64,000 nt of DNA from Squalus acanthias (Eukaryota), in the NCBI GenBank assembly GCA_030390025.1, contig CM059432.1, positions 133,674,001-133,738,000 on the forward strand. The letters are read 5' to 3'. Shown piece by piece: positions 36,780 to 50,027 of the stretch; the stretch's first letter is position 1, and the number at the start of each line of letters is the position of its first letter. The notes beneath the pieces were generated by a model, which searched no databases, was not told the origin of the DNA, and worked only from the letters and a program-made list of their open reading frames with translations. Made by a program: the position numbers and the translations under genes.

Positions 36780-37000
36780 GGTGGGGGAATCAAGAACAAG
36801 GAGGACATAATCTTAAAATTAAAGCCAGGCCATTTAGGAGCGAGATCAGGAAGCACATTTTCACACAAAGGGTAGTGGAAATCTGGAACTCTCTCCCCCA
36901 AAAGGTTGTGGTCAATTACATTTTTCAAGACAGAGCTCAATAGATTTTTGTTAGGTAAGGGTATCAAGGAATATGGAATAAAGGCGGGTAATTATAGATT
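36780..37000 (+). mobile_element. CR1 3' fragment
   Basis: Reads SRTR.GHNLKI...FTQRVVEIWNSLP. Confidence 0.75.
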
Positions 37001-37004
37001 AGCC

Positions 37005-37630
37005 ATAGAATCATAGAATGGTTACAGCACGGAAGGCGGCCATTCGGCCCGTCGAGCCCATGCCAGCTCTCTACAAGAGCACTTCAGCTAGTCCCACTCC
37101 CCCCGCCCTTTCCCCGTAGCCCAGCAAATTTCTTTCCTTCAGATACTTATCCAACTCCCTTTTGAAAGCAGTGATTGAATCTGCCTCCACCACCCTTTCA
37201 GGCAGTGCATTCCAGATCTTAACCACTCGCTGCGTAATTTTTTTTTTTCTTACGTCGCCTTTGGTTCTTTTGCCAATCACCTTAAATCTGTGTCCTCTGG
37301 TTCTAGACCCTTCCGCCAATGGGAACAATTTCCCTCTATCTACTCTGTCCAGACCACTCATGATTTTGAACATCTCTATCAAATCTTCTCTCAATCTTCT
37401 CTGCTCCAAAGAGAACAACCCCAGCTTCTCCAGTCTATCCACATAACTGAAATCCCTCATTCCTGGAATCATTCTCATAAACCTTTTCTGCACCCTCTCT
37501 AAGGCCTTCACATCCTCCCTAAAGTGTGGTGCCCAGAATTGGACACAGTACTCCAGTTGGGGCCGAACCAGTGTTTTATACAGGTTCATCATAATTTCCA
37601 CACTTTTGTACTCTATACCTCTATTCATGA
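37005..37630 (-). mobile_element. CR1 3' fragment
   Basis: ORF 37071-37760 contains RGIEYK...LVRPQLEYC...TRGHRFK...WNALP. Confidence 0.9.
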
Positions 37631-38079
37631 TTGAATGACGGAACAGGTGCGAGTGGCTGAACAGCCTACTGTTCCTATGTCCCATTGATAGGGCATGGCA
37701 TTCTTGGAAACCTAGCCACTTTGGAAAAAATGAAGAGCCCTCTCTCTTGCTGCTGGCCACTATCTTCTGGAAAAGTGATTAAGTCCTTCGCCCTGGCAAA
37801 CAGTACGTCAGTGAGCTGATGTATGCAGTGCTAATCTGACGCATATCCCCCAAGGCAACTTGGAAGGAACTAGTCACATAGATGTTCTTCAAGGCAGTAG
37901 CAGCTTTTACTGTCACATACAGAGCCATCCCAGTTCTAGAAGTGGTTTGGAAATTTGATGCAGAAGTCGGTCAAGTTCCAAGACTGTTTCTCTGGTGTAG
38001 CATAAGTGGTGATCTCAGACCTCTTGGATGTGCCCAAGTAAGTGTGGTGTTGTATGTATACCTGCCTCCTAGCACATAA

Positions 38080-38700
38080 ATGAGAAGTCGCACAACACCA
38101 GGTTATAGTCCAACAGATTTATTTAATTTTACAAGCTTTCGGAGCTGTTCGCTCCTTCTTCAGGTAGGGTAGCTGTGAGAGAATCTCCCAGAATTCACAA
38201 TATAAACACAGAAAAAATCTATTCAAATCTTTCCCTACATCAAAGACACACTAAGAGCACAGCCAAGACAATGAGATGTGTCCCAGGGGGTCCAACGTGT
38301 CAAAACACCTGCTGGCTGCATATCCTCTCCATTTGTGTTAGTCTTTTTAAAACAAAACCTGGAAAGACCGGCCATGATGTCAAGTCACGTTCTGTATCGT
38401 GACATGAACCCGATATCGCGATTGAGGCCATCCTCATGAGTGCGGAACTTGGCTATCAGTTTCTGCTCTATGATTTTGCGCTGTCGTGTATCCCGAAGGC
38501 CGCCTTGGAGAACGCTTACCCGCAGATCCGAGGCTGAATGCCCCTGACTGCTGAAGTGTTCCCCGACTGGGAGGCAACCCTCCTGCCTGGCGATTGTTGC
38601 GCGGTGTCCGTTCATACGTTGTCTCAGTGTCTGCATGGTCTCGCCGATGTACCATGCTCTGGGGCATCCTTTACTGTAACGTATCAGGTAGACACATAGG
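38080..38700 (-). mobile_element. Penelope-like element 3' part (GIY-YIG endonuclease and terminal repeat)
   Basis: Reads VYLIR...WYIGETMQTLRQRMNGHR...HFSSQGHS...EQKLI...GLNRD. The terminal region matches 9829-10201. Confidence 0.88.
38129..38167 (-). ncRNA. Putative minimal hammerhead ribozyme (Penelope terminal repeat)
   Basis: Minus strand reads UAC-CUGAAGA-A-GGAGC-gaaca-GCUCC-GAAA-GC-UU-GUA. Confidence 0.65.
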
Positions 38701-39711
38701 CACAGGTCCCACTGATCCTCCAATCACTGCCTCTGCTCAAGTCCGTAGAACACCTCCTCATCCCTCTATCTGTGAAGGCAGGAGGAATTTCCAAAGCAAT
38801 GCCCACCCAATAAAGTAAGGGGCTGTATCCAGTCGGAAGGCAATTCCCATGATGGGTAGAAAGTGACCAAATAAAAAAGGAGAAATCAGCAGTAAACTGC
38901 AAAATCGGCAACAAACAAAATAAAAACCCTAAAAAAAACAACAGCAAAAACTAACCAGAAAAAGCCAAACAAATGCAACTTTGCTGTCACTCCCAACACC
39001 AAGGGACATATGGCTTTAAGAACCTAAGTTCTGAAGCCCGGGGAGTCAGTTTCTAAGTGTAGGTGTAATATACAGGCATAGAGCAATGTTTGAGGTGTGA
39101 AAGATTGGGAAATGCAAGGGAGAGGACCCCCCCCCCCCATCCTAATTTCCATATTTTTTGAGGCTTTAATGACGCTCGCGCATTCTAGCAAACGTCTTGA
39201 GCTGCCAGCACTGCCTGGTCAGAAAATAGTGGAATCACGATCCCACTGCATTTTCGATGGACCGACTCAGCTTCCGATTTTGCACCTTCTCCACACCTGC
39301 CCCACGCAGGTGTACTGACCCATCGGAGTGGAAAATCTCCACTAATATGAACCGTTGCATAGAAGCCTGCCCAGCCTGATCCACTCACCCATTGCACTAA
39401 AAGAAACTGTGTTGAATCCAATTATCCTGGAGTGAAAAATGTTGATTACATCTAGGGAAAAAAATATGATTCCGTTTCTAAGAATAAGAACATTTAATTC
39501 TGGCCGGGTTAAATAGCACAAAAATTTCAATGCCATCTTGGCAATCTTATGTCAGACTTGTTGGATAAATAAGTGGTGAGGGCTTCTGCTCCTCAATTTC
39601 ATACCCATTGTTGCCCCCTGACACTGTGCCGCATCATCTAGCTCAGAGAGTGGGACAGTCAGAGAAAGACTTTCTCCAGTCCTGCCTTTGAACACAGAGG
39701 TCCAGAATTTA

Positions 39712-40298
39712 AGAACATAAGAACATAGGAGCAGGAGTAGGCCATTCGGCCCCTCGAGTCTGCTCCGCCATTCAATAAGATCATAGCTGATCTTCTACCT
39801 CATCTCCACTTTCCTGCACTATCCCCATATCCCTTGATTCCCTTAATATTCAAAAATCTATCGATCTCTGTCTTGAATATACTCAATGACTGAGCCTCCA
39901 CAGCCCTCTGGGGTAGAGAATTCCAAAGATTTACCACCCTCTGAGTAAAGAAATTTCTCTCATCTCAATCCTAAATGGCCGACCCCTTATTTTGAGACTG
40001 TGACCCCTGGTTCTAGACTCCCCAGCCAGGGGAAACATCCTCCCTGCATCTACCCTGTCAAGCCCTGTAAGAATGTTGTATCTTTCAATGAGATCACCTC
40101 TCATTCTTCTAAACTCTAGGGAATATAGACCTAGTCTACTCAATCTCTCCTCATAGGACAATCCCCCCATCCCAGGAACCAGTCTGGTGAACCTTTGTTG
40201 CACTCCCTCTATGGCAAGTATATCCTTCCTTAGGTAAGGAGACCAAAACTGTACACAATACTCCAGGTGTGGTCTCACCAGGGCCCTGTATAATTGCA
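39712..40298 (-). mobile_element. CR1 3' fragment
   Basis: ORF 39931-40332 contains LVRPHLEYCVQFW...TRGHSLK. Tail (aagaacat)n. Confidence 0.9.
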
Positions 40299-40686
40299 GT
40301 AAAATAACGGTGACTTTAAATGCGCACGCCATTATTAGTGTGTATAAAACCCAGCAAAACTGAGGAAGAGATACGCCGTGAGTTGCGAATCACCACAAGT
40401 TGCTAGGCAATTTGCGCCACTCCACCGTTAACCTCGCAAAAATGGCAGCTCGCCCTCAACCTCCCCGTGAGTGTCAAGAAATTGCTGGAATTGCACCATG
40501 AATACAAATTACACTGCAGAAAGTTAGGGCTGCTATTTCACGGCGTAAGGACCCTGTTAATGACGAGATTTATGTTCTTGCAATGCCACTCAATCTCGGT
40601 GGCCCCCCTAAAAAAATGTTTTCTTTCTTTTCCTTTCTGTCGCTTTTTTCTCTATCTCTTAATCTAATCTTTCTTTCCCTCTCTTT

Positions 40687-43260
40687 GGGCGGGATTTTAA
40701 CTTGGAGGCAGGTAGGGAGCGGGGGTGGCCGTTGGATTGTGGTCAGGAAACCTGAGAGAACGGGTTTCCTTCAAGGCCTGATTAACATTTTTTGGGGGGT
40801 GAAATTCGATAAAGCCCGAAAACGGGCAGGGGCACCACGGGGCGAGATTTTTCGCGCCTGTTTAGAAAGCACAGGCAGCACGTTAATTTGGTGATTGAAT
40901 GATTTTAGCGCACAGCCCAGTGACAAAGGCGCTAATTCAGGCTGTGCGCTCAGCAGGAGGTCCAATGTCACGTCACGGTAGTGACGTTGCATTTTCTTAA
41001 AGCAAGGCTGTCAGTTTTGAAAGCAGTCCCTAGCCCTTAAAGCTCAACTGCCTTCTGAAAAAAATGAACATTAAAAATCATTCCAAACTAAGCTATCTTC
41101 AGCTCTTAAAGCTGAACTGCCTTCTGCACGTAAAAAACTGGTAAAAGTGCTTCAGCACTAACACAAATGGCTCAACAGGCACCCAGGGTCTTGCATGCAG
41201 CACTCCAGCTTTGTGCAGGGGGGTCAACACTGCAAGAGAGGTCCTCTATCCACAGGGGCCAGGAGGCCCTCCAGAAAGAACGATGTAGGACCAGATCACC
41301 GAGGCTGTCATTGCCAGCAGTGTCACCCCCACCACCTGCCTCCAGCGCCCAAAGAAGTTTCATGACCTCAGAGGACTGGTCCAGGTCAGTGAATGCATCT
41401 TCAAAAACCGTCTCCTACCAACTGCACCATTAGCCTCACACACTGCTCAATGCATGACTCTCCCCCCCCCCCCCCACCCATCACTCACCTACCAACACAC
41501 TCTACCAAACATGAGGCACACCTCCCATTCCTAGCTTCACCTTACCCCCTAGGAGGAGACGGTGCTGGCCATTCTTGGCAGGGGCATGGCTGAACCCTTG
41601 ACCAGCAGCGGGGCTGAAAGGATACAAGATGGCGGTATCCTCATATGTTATCCTCCTTCTCACATCCCATTTCCCCCTCATCATACAATATCTTCTGATG
41701 TACAAGCTGCACATGGTGTAAGCATGCACCTCTTGCTTTCCCGCCCTCCCCTCACCACAACTCTACCCTTGTGCCTTCCTCATTTCACACACCCAAGAAA
41801 TCCAGCCTGCCCAGCCAGTGGTTGACCAAAAAGAGGGAGAGGAGAGTGAAGAAGAAGAAGAAGAAGAAACACCGTCCCTCAATTTGACACTCCCAGCCAC
41901 CAGCTCCTCGAGGTCATCCTGCAAGGCCATCTGCAGTGCCCCCACTGAAAGTCAGCAGCCTTCCGCTAGCCATGCTGCAGCCACTGGGGTAGCACTGCGT
42001 AACATCACTAGGATAGGCAAAGGCACACGCAAGACAGTCACTAAGGGAATGGACAAGCGTGATATGTTGATTTTTTGATGTCATATTGGATGCATATATG
42101 GATAAAACTGGATTGGAAAGTTTGCTTTGTGGTTGGTTTTATTTCAGCATTGTGGCCAAGAGAATGCTGTGATGGTCAGTAACAGAGGGAAGGTAAGGTG
42201 TGGGACAAATGTTGAAAGGGGAATTGGGGTTGTGGTCACTGGTACCGCAGGCAGATGATTCCATCCCGGATATCCCGACCAGAAAGGGTCTGTCTGAGTT
42301 GTATCCTTCCTTCTGCTTCCTCTTCTTCTGCTTCTTCCTCTTCTGCTTCCTCCTCCCTCTGTGAGCAGCTTGTCCCCTTTGCTGCCTCTGCTCCATCTCC
42401 ATCTGATGCTGCAACTAGAGCCCCCAGGACTGGGAGCAAGTGGTGTTCTTAGAGGCCTTCCTTTAACATGCAAAGCCTTGGAAGCATCCAAGCAGCACTC
42501 CCTGCACACTTTAACAACTTTTTAAATGTTTTGCACCAAGCCACTACTCCAATAAAATAATTTTAAAAACACTCCAAAAGCTGAAATCGAAACTTACCTG
42601 AAAGATGTGTGTGTCTCTTTAAGAAGCGCTCACAGCGTCTCTGTACAACTGCTGCACGCACGTTCTTCCATACATGGTTGGGAGAGAGCAGTACGGAGAG
42701 CAGTGACATCCAAAATAGAAGTTGTGCGTCGATTCCGGCGTTGCACACCAATTGACATCATGATCTGCATATCTACATGGGAGAGGGGAGCACAGGCAAC
42801 GGCACCGCTGCCGACCTCTCCAAAATGGCGGCCGCCGTGTTCCGCGGTGGAGCGGGCACAAGCCATTGTTTCAACAAAACCGGCCATAACGGCCGGCGCT
42901 ACAACCTCGAATTTCGTGGCCTTTGTCTCTGTTTCCCCCGCCCCCACATTGAGAAGCTGGCTGGCTGTCGGGCGGGTAGGCCTGCAGCAGCAGGCCGCAG
43001 CCAGGGGGGGCAGAGAGGAGAGAGGGAGGGAGTACTTACCTCCTGGATCCAGCAGTCCTCGCCTTCCTTCAGCTGCCGGGTTTCCCGGAGGCTGGGAATC
43101 TCTGATTCTGTTGATCCTTTCATTTGCCAAGGTCCCAGATGACCTCGCCGCGCCATTATCAGCTCATACATCGAGCAATTTGCAGGGAGCTGAAGGGTGA
43201 GGAAGCAAAACCAACTCACGCTGCTCATCCCGAGATGCCCTGCACCAGGAAATTCTAGCC
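40687..43260. mobile_element. Degenerate Harbinger-like element or composite of such elements
   Basis: Ends gggcgggattttaac and ggaaattctagcc. Eroded Myb-like and acidic-stretch coding remnants. 41020-41330 is homologous in inverted orientation to ~47000-47330. Confidence 0.55.
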
Positions 43261-43738
43261 AATGGTTTTTTCCCATAGCAAACTGGCACATTCAAGGGAA
43301 CTGCCTTCCACTACTGCCCGGGAAGTTGAAAATATGATATAATTTGCCTGACCCACCCTATCTAAAGACCATAAAAGCCGGGTTGTTGTGACCTGGGCAC
43401 TTGGAGGTGCCATTCCATCTTTTGCTACTCAGTCTGCCAGCATAAATTCACACGGCTCATCTTTATTACGGTGGAACCTATACACAAGCTTTTATGGTAT
43501 ACACTTCATCACTGATCAATAGAGGGTATTACATTATGTTAATTTGATTTCTTATTATTAAAATCTTTAATCTTTATAAGATATAAACTTGATAGATTAC
43601 ATATTTGTTTCAATGATAATTATCTCATTTAAACTAACTCATATGTCCTCTGTGTAATATTCATGTATTAAATATATTTGTATTGATTTGAAATTGTGAC
43701 ACTATTGCATTTTTTATATGTTAATCATCACAGTTATA

Positions 43739-43820
43739 GGAGCTAGATGGCGCAATGGTTTACAATACTGCCCTTTAACCTCTAGAATCTGGGTTTAAAT
43801 TCACCTCCGACTGATAGATT
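43739..43820 (+). mobile_element. Ancient tRNA-derived SINE head, possibly LF-SINE-like
   Basis: ggagctagatggcgcaatggttt...ctgggtttaaattc contains degenerate A and B boxes. Confidence 0.4.
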
Positions 43821-45216
43821 CATTTCATTTAAGATCATTTAATCCAAGTCCAGGACCAAACCCTCCCCCAACCCATAAATGCCAATTTTGCCTCATAATA
43901 TTTTTAAAATTAGAATTCAAAATTAGATCAGCACACCCAGGATTAAATACCAAGTAGACATTATATTCTAGTAAACTATAGAAGAACAGTTGGCTCCACT
44001 CAGCTCTCTGTATTGTTAATAGATTTCTCACATCTCCATCCAGTCCCTTTCTCACTTCCCAGCTCCCCATCTTAACTTTTCTTAAACTCTCATTATCTCA
44101 CTTCACAAATTCTTGGTAGATTTTCAGATTGCTTACGCCTGGTAAATGGGCATCAAGTGGGCATAACCAATCAGGAAAAGGAGCAGAGATACACGGCGTC
44201 AGATCTCCATGTCCAAGTTTCCAATAGCAGTTTCAAAGATGGCAAAAACACCTGCTAGTTGGATCCATGCAAATGAGGGCTGAATTATATCATTGCCCAG
44301 GCATGCAATGTCCTAGTTTGCATGCTGGCAAAGCACAATTTCTCATGTGCCCGCCCATATCTCAAGGGTTGCCAGGAGCAGATTTAAAGAGCTTTAGAAG
44401 ATGATCGGCAGGAGCATTTGAAGACTATTTCTTCCTATTTTTTGGTTTTCTTTTGAGCCCAGTAGCCTTCTTGTACCAATTGCCTTGGCACTGTTGTTTT
44501 TCCACCTCCACATCCACAACAGCAGCACATGGGAATCCCTCTGTATGTATGCTCTCTGGAACAATACGAGTAAGATGAAGGAAGGGCTACCCTCCAGGTT
44601 AGGGTACATCAGAGGTGCTTTGTACCCACCCATAGTTACTGTTATAGGCAGAAGCATATGTACCTCAATTTGTCTAGTCTGCAAATCAGATTCAGAAGGA
44701 AGGCTGTGGCAGAACTGTGCTACAAGGTGGTTTGCAGATAAACCCGTTCACAGACATGGCACTGCCAGTGACTGTCAAGGTCACTAGCACCCTTAACATT
44801 AAAGCTTTAGGATCATTCTAAACTGTCACTGAGGACAGTAATAACGTAAAGCAATCACTTAGCCACAGATGCATTAAGCAAGTCACCAATTCCTTGTTTG
44901 CTGTGCAAGAAATGTCATCTTTTTCACCATGGATCATGGTAATCTGCTGCAGTGAGGCATCACCATATAGGCCCTGGAAAAGAAAGCCATCTAGGGGTAG
45001 ATTCCCCGGGTACAGACTTTGGGCATGCAGCCAGTAGGGCATGCCTGTCAGCCACCCAATAGTCCTGGCGGCAGTCCCAGTCCATTTTGAGGACCATTAC
45101 TCAATAACAGTTGTCCGGTGGGCTGCAGGCGAAAATCAAGTGCCCTGGGCATCCGGCTGACTCCAGGCCACTGCAATATTGGGCGGCTCACCCTGACATC
45201 AGGCCTGAATAGGTAC

Positions 45217-45680
45217 AGAATCATAGAATCTTACAGCACAGAACAAGGCCATTCGGCCTGTCGTGCCTGTGCCAGCTCTTTGAAAGAGCTCTCCAATTAG
45301 TCCCACTCCCCTGCTCTTTCCCCATAGCCCTGCAAATTAGACCTCCAAATACATGTCCAATAGCCTTTTGAAAGTTCCTATGGAATCTGATTCCACCACC
45401 CTTTCAGGTAGTGCGTTCCAGATCATAACAACCCTCTGGGTGAAACAATTTCTCCTAATTTCCTAGTTCTTTTGCCAATTATTTTAAATCTATGACTGCT
45501 GGTTACTGATCCACTTGCCTGGGGAAATAGTTTCTCCCTACTTGCTCTATCAAAACCCCTCATGATTTTGAACTCCTCTATTAAATCTCCCCTTAACCTT
45601 CTCTGCTCTAAGGAAAACAATCACAGCTTCTCCAATCTCTCCGCATAACTGAAGTCCCTGGTATCATCCTGGTAAACCCC
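45217..45680 (-). mobile_element. CR1 3' fragment
   Basis: Reads FSLEQRRLRGDLIE, followed by a CR1-type 3' UTR. Confidence 0.85.
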
Positions 45681-46296
45681 CTAAGCTAGATCCATAGGGA
45701 GGATGTTCAATCCCAGGAGGGAGTGACCCGGAGTGACAGGCCCTCCAGGATGCCAGCGCAAGACCCACTACCAGGTCTTCTGCGGTGCCCCTCCGTTTGG
45801 GCACCACATGAATACAGTTAGAGGAAAGTTAGGCGAGAAAATAGGAATGCCTCCTCCTGCCACAGTAGCATCATATTTCTGGCTGTGCCTCTCGCTACCA
45901 CAGGCCCAGGCTCAGACCCAGGCATGTCTCTTCATGGACGCCCTAGAAGTCCTGGGGCAGCATTGACCTGGCAGAACTGGCGTCTGCCCCCATTTTCCCT
46001 TCGCTGTGCCTGGGAATTGAGGCACGAAGAAGAGGAAATGCTACCCCTTTATCTTTTACTTAATATTAGTCTCCATTATATAACTGCTGCTTTAAAGAAA
46101 ACATTGAATGCACAAAGTACCAGGTTAATTAAGCAATGAAAGTAAAATGTTACCGCCACCCTTTAAGGAATAGTGTAATGTGTTAATAGTAACTGAAGCT
46201 CAGCAGTTGTTAGACCTGCAAAGGTGAAGGTGTTATGACTGTTAACTGAAATGCAGCTCCATTAGAATCACAATTACCATTTTCACAATTCTGTAC

Positions 46297-46559
46297 CTGA
46301 AAATAGAGGTTGCAGAGCCAGTGATCTATGTCTGATGATATAAGGTCCTCGATTTTTCTGAACTCATCTATTTTGGAGTCCTGTGACCCCTTAAAAGGGG
46401 ACATTTATATTTTCCTTCCAAAATCTCCAACTGGCTGTTGCAGATGGGAAATGCACCCCATCCCACTGCCCGGTCAATACTGCTATTAATTCCATGGAGC
46501 AGAAAGAGTTCAAAGATCAGGGACATTTCTGGTTGAACGTCATTTTCAGAAGGTAAAAC
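46297..46559 (-). CDS. OFCC1: OFCC1/ojoplano internal coding exon with an apparent 1-nt deletion near 46383
   Basis: Acceptor ttctctccctctag and donor cag|GTACAG. Reads VLPSENDVQPEMSLIFELFLLHGINSSIDRAVGWGAFPICNSQLEILEGKYKCPLLRGH, then in a shifted frame QDSKIDEFRKIEDLISSDIDHWLCNLYFQ. Matches the recalled OFCC1 motifs FELFLL, VGWGAFP, CPLLRGH and DHWLCNLYFQ. Length is 263 nt. Confidence 0.88.
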
Positions 46560-46959
46560 CTAGAGGGAGAGAAAAGCATTGTGCAATTACAAATCTCCAG
46601 CTTTAAGTTTACGTTAAACTTGTTTCCGGCACAGCCACAATGGGTTGAATGGCCTCCTTCCGTGCTGTATCATTTTATGATTTGAAGGTGGAAAAAAGTT
46701 TGGAGAATGGATACAGGCAGAGGCTCACTTCAATGTGGCTAGTAAACTCAAATCGTGCAATTCATCTGAGGTACAGATTTCCACTGCTCCTTATTTACAG
46801 TGAAATCATAAAAACATACAAAGAATGCATTCACAAACAACAAAATCCCTCTCCTCTCCCCTTCCCAAGATTTGAAGTTATGGCTGTGGGAGGCAGTTCC
46901 TTTGCATTTTTCCGATCTTCTTTCTATCTTCACTTCTATGTTAGCAGAGAGATTCTGTA

Positions 46960-47683
46960 ATTTCCCCTTCTATTTTCTCCTCTCTTCCTGGGGACAAGTG
47001 GTGGGGGCCACACTGCTGGCAGTGATGGCCCCAGTGACCTGGTCCCATATTGTTATTTCTGGAGGGCCTCCTGGCCCCTGTGGGTAGAGGACCTCTCTTG
47101 CAGTGTTGACCCCCTGCACAAAGCTGGAGTGCTGCATGCGAGACCCTGGATGCCCTTTCCCTGGCTTGCTGAGCCATTTGTGTTAACACTGAAGGACTTT
47201 TCCCATTTTTTTTTTTTAGGTGCAGAAGGCAATTCAACTTTAAGAGCTGAAGACTCCCATTTGGGAATTCTTTTTACTGTTAATTTTTTTTTCAGAATGC
47301 AGTTGAGCTGTAAGGGCTAAAAACTGCATTTTTTTTTACATCATTTTTATTTTTTTTATCATTTCAGAAGGCATTGCTCTTTTAAGAAAACGACAATGTA
47401 TTGCCCTTTTAAGATCCCACAATGCGTTGCAAAATCACAGCCTCGCTTTCAGAGACTGTTCGAAGCTGCAACGTTGCTTGTGGACATTGGGCCACATTGG
47501 GGCCTGATGCCGGGACGAACGCCACCAGAAGGCCATTACACGGTTAGATTAGCGCTGGGCTAATAATCATTCGACCCCAGTGACAATTTTTCAGTCCTGT
47601 CAGCGCCAACATTTTCGGCGTCCATTAATTCCCGGCCGCGGCGGCACCGGCAGCTTGCGTGTCGGCCACAGATTTCTAGGCCC
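46960..47683 (-). mobile_element. Harbinger-like remnant
   Basis: Inverted homology to 41.0-41.3 kb. Terminus gatttctaggccc. Confidence 0.5.
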
Positions 47684-48150
47684 AAAGCTTCAGTCTTTGT
47701 CCAAATCAATGGCAGTCCAAAGTCCAAGAAATGAACAAGCTATTTTAATTATAAGTATTCACTTTCCTTTCTTGTGGTTGGTGAAGTGCATTCTGTGTCC
47801 AGTGAAGAGAAGAAAAGAGAGAAAATTAAATCCAGCCATCATGCCTGGCGTCATAAACAGCAGAAAGTTCACCCTGATGTGCACATTATCAAAGCAATGA
47901 CTCACGGTTACCGTTAGTGCTATTCAACAGAATATTCTACAGCAAGATGCTGTGAGTGAAGATGTAATGGAGTGTCAGTAAATATTTGATAAGTGCTCCC
48001 AGTGTATTCTTACATAACGGAGCAACACAAACACTGAAAATAAGTGACCTGCTGTGGTTAATCAAATGTACTTGGTGGATGTTAAAATGCAAAATCTTTC
48101 TCCTGCAGTGGTGTGGCGGCAGCATTTACTCTGCTATGAGACACACAATG

Positions 48151-48704
48151 GCCCAGAATGTGCTTAAAAATAACTGTGTCTGTACAACGTACAGAAAGTT
48201 AAGTCTAGTAATTAACAGTGTATGTATCCTTTTAATACTATGATAATGTTAATGACTGCCAATCAACCTCTCTTGCCCAGAAAGTGAACAATTAAAAGTA
48301 TGGAGTCTCATTCTTTCAGGTTGTGAATTGTTGTTGGAGATTTAAAGAATGTCAATTAAAATAAAAATCTTACTTTTCCTTTGTCTCTTTTCTCTCTCTC
48401 TCTCATAATCCAATTTTTTCCCTCTTTTTGTTTATCTTTCTGTAGCTGATTTGACATTGAATTCACTCACTTTAATTCACGCTCCTTCTCAGTCCTTCCT
48501 TTGTTTATTTCTCAATCCTTTAATCTCATTCGTTAAGGAGATATACTGTTGGTCCCATCAGTCACCAAGGTCCCAGATGTCCTGTTGCCCTCGCGTGCCT
48601 GTTATCAGTTCGCACTTCCAGCAACTTACAAATCTAAATGTGTACGAACAAGTCTAACTAACGGGGCACGCCACAAGATGTCCTGCTCCAGCAAAGTCTG
48701 GGCC
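48151..48704. mobile_element. Harbinger-type MITE
   Basis: TIRs ggcccagaatgtgct and agcaaagtctgggcc. Confidence 0.7.
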
Positions 48705-48959
48705 ATTGTTGCACTTGTTGTTTCTTAAACACATCAGGGTTGATTTACGTCTTCAATAGCTGGACGTTAATCTGATGGAGCAGATCACCCATCCATTACA
48801 GAACCCGTCTGAAATCAATTGAACGAAAATCAGGCTGGTGCGTAATGGGCGGGCGGTTCGCTCCAGAAGATTACCGTAAATCTACTCATTGACTTACTTT
48901 TCCTTAAGTGATACCAGTCGTATATAAGGGTAAGAGGTGCATGGGAACACCTTACTTGG

Positions 48960-49135
48960 AAATATATCGTCGCTGGGTCAAAATCCTGGAACTCCCTCCC
49001 TAACAGCAACTGTGGGAGCACCTTCACCACACGGACTGCAGCGGTTCAAGAAGGCGGCTCACCACCACCTCCTCATGGGCAACTAGGAGTGGGCAATAAA
49101 TGCTGACCTTGCTAGCGAAGCCCATATCCCGAGAA
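48960..49135 (+). mobile_element. LINE 3' end fragment
   Basis: Encodes GSKSWNSLP...LQRFKKAAHHHLL, followed by gggcaataaatgctg. Confidence 0.65.
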
Positions 49136-50027
49136 TATTTTTTTTTTTAAACTTACTATTACCAAAAAGATTATTTGATCTAGTTCATCAGAAATACACT
49201 AGCAAAGTTATTGTAAATTCTAAAGTGTGCATCAGAGCAGACGTTGATATATATATAAAAAACAAAACCTTCTGTAAAGTGTTGGACTCATCACACTGTG
49301 AGAATGAATACCTGAGGAGATATTAATCAGGTCCTGATAGTGTAGTTTTCCAAAAGTTCTTCCAGGGGAGGAACAGTGGGCATAACAAATAACGAGAAGG
49401 AAATGAACTGTATTATTCATACATAGCTGTCTAAAGGCATTATACAACTGCTGGACTATAAATCAAATATAAAAACATGCTCATATACTAATATGTTTTG
49501 CTTTTTAAAAAAACGACCAATTTGTAAACCAACAAGACTTTTTTCTTCTTGTTCCGATATATTACAGTCCTGTCTCTAGCACTTTTATGCTATCTGTGAC
49601 TGGGAAAGCATGCGAGGCAGTGTTGAGAAATCTGCAGAAATGACATTACATATTTCACTGCATTTGTATTTCATTTTATTCATAATAAAAAAATACTGTG
49701 CCCTTATAATAATGAATAATAGGTCTTGAGTGATTTATAGACAAGGATTAAATGTCAAGTTTGAAAAGTTGCTGTTTAAATCATGGTGGACCCCCTAGGG
49801 TGAATCACATGAAGTATCTGAATACAATCTGATCCTCTACGTTTGTTCAGACCCCATATATAAATACAAAATAACTTAAATTATTGGATCTTTATTTTCT
49901 AAATGCAGCAGTACTTAGATCTGTAACAGCCAAAGTACAAACTCACTTAGTTCTAAATTAAACATAGGGATAGAACATTCCAAAATATGAGCTTGGAAAT
50001 TACACGTTGCAATTTTAAGAATTAGAT

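Noticed and set aside
42607..43200. 197-aa and overlapping ORFs in GC-rich sequence
   Set aside because: They lie within a Harbinger-like remnant, have no recognisable domain, and are open on both strands because of GC content.
46380..46402. Programmed -1 ribosomal frameshift rescuing the OFCC1 exon
   Set aside because: There is no in-frame X XXY YYZ slippery heptamer. An indel is the simpler explanation.
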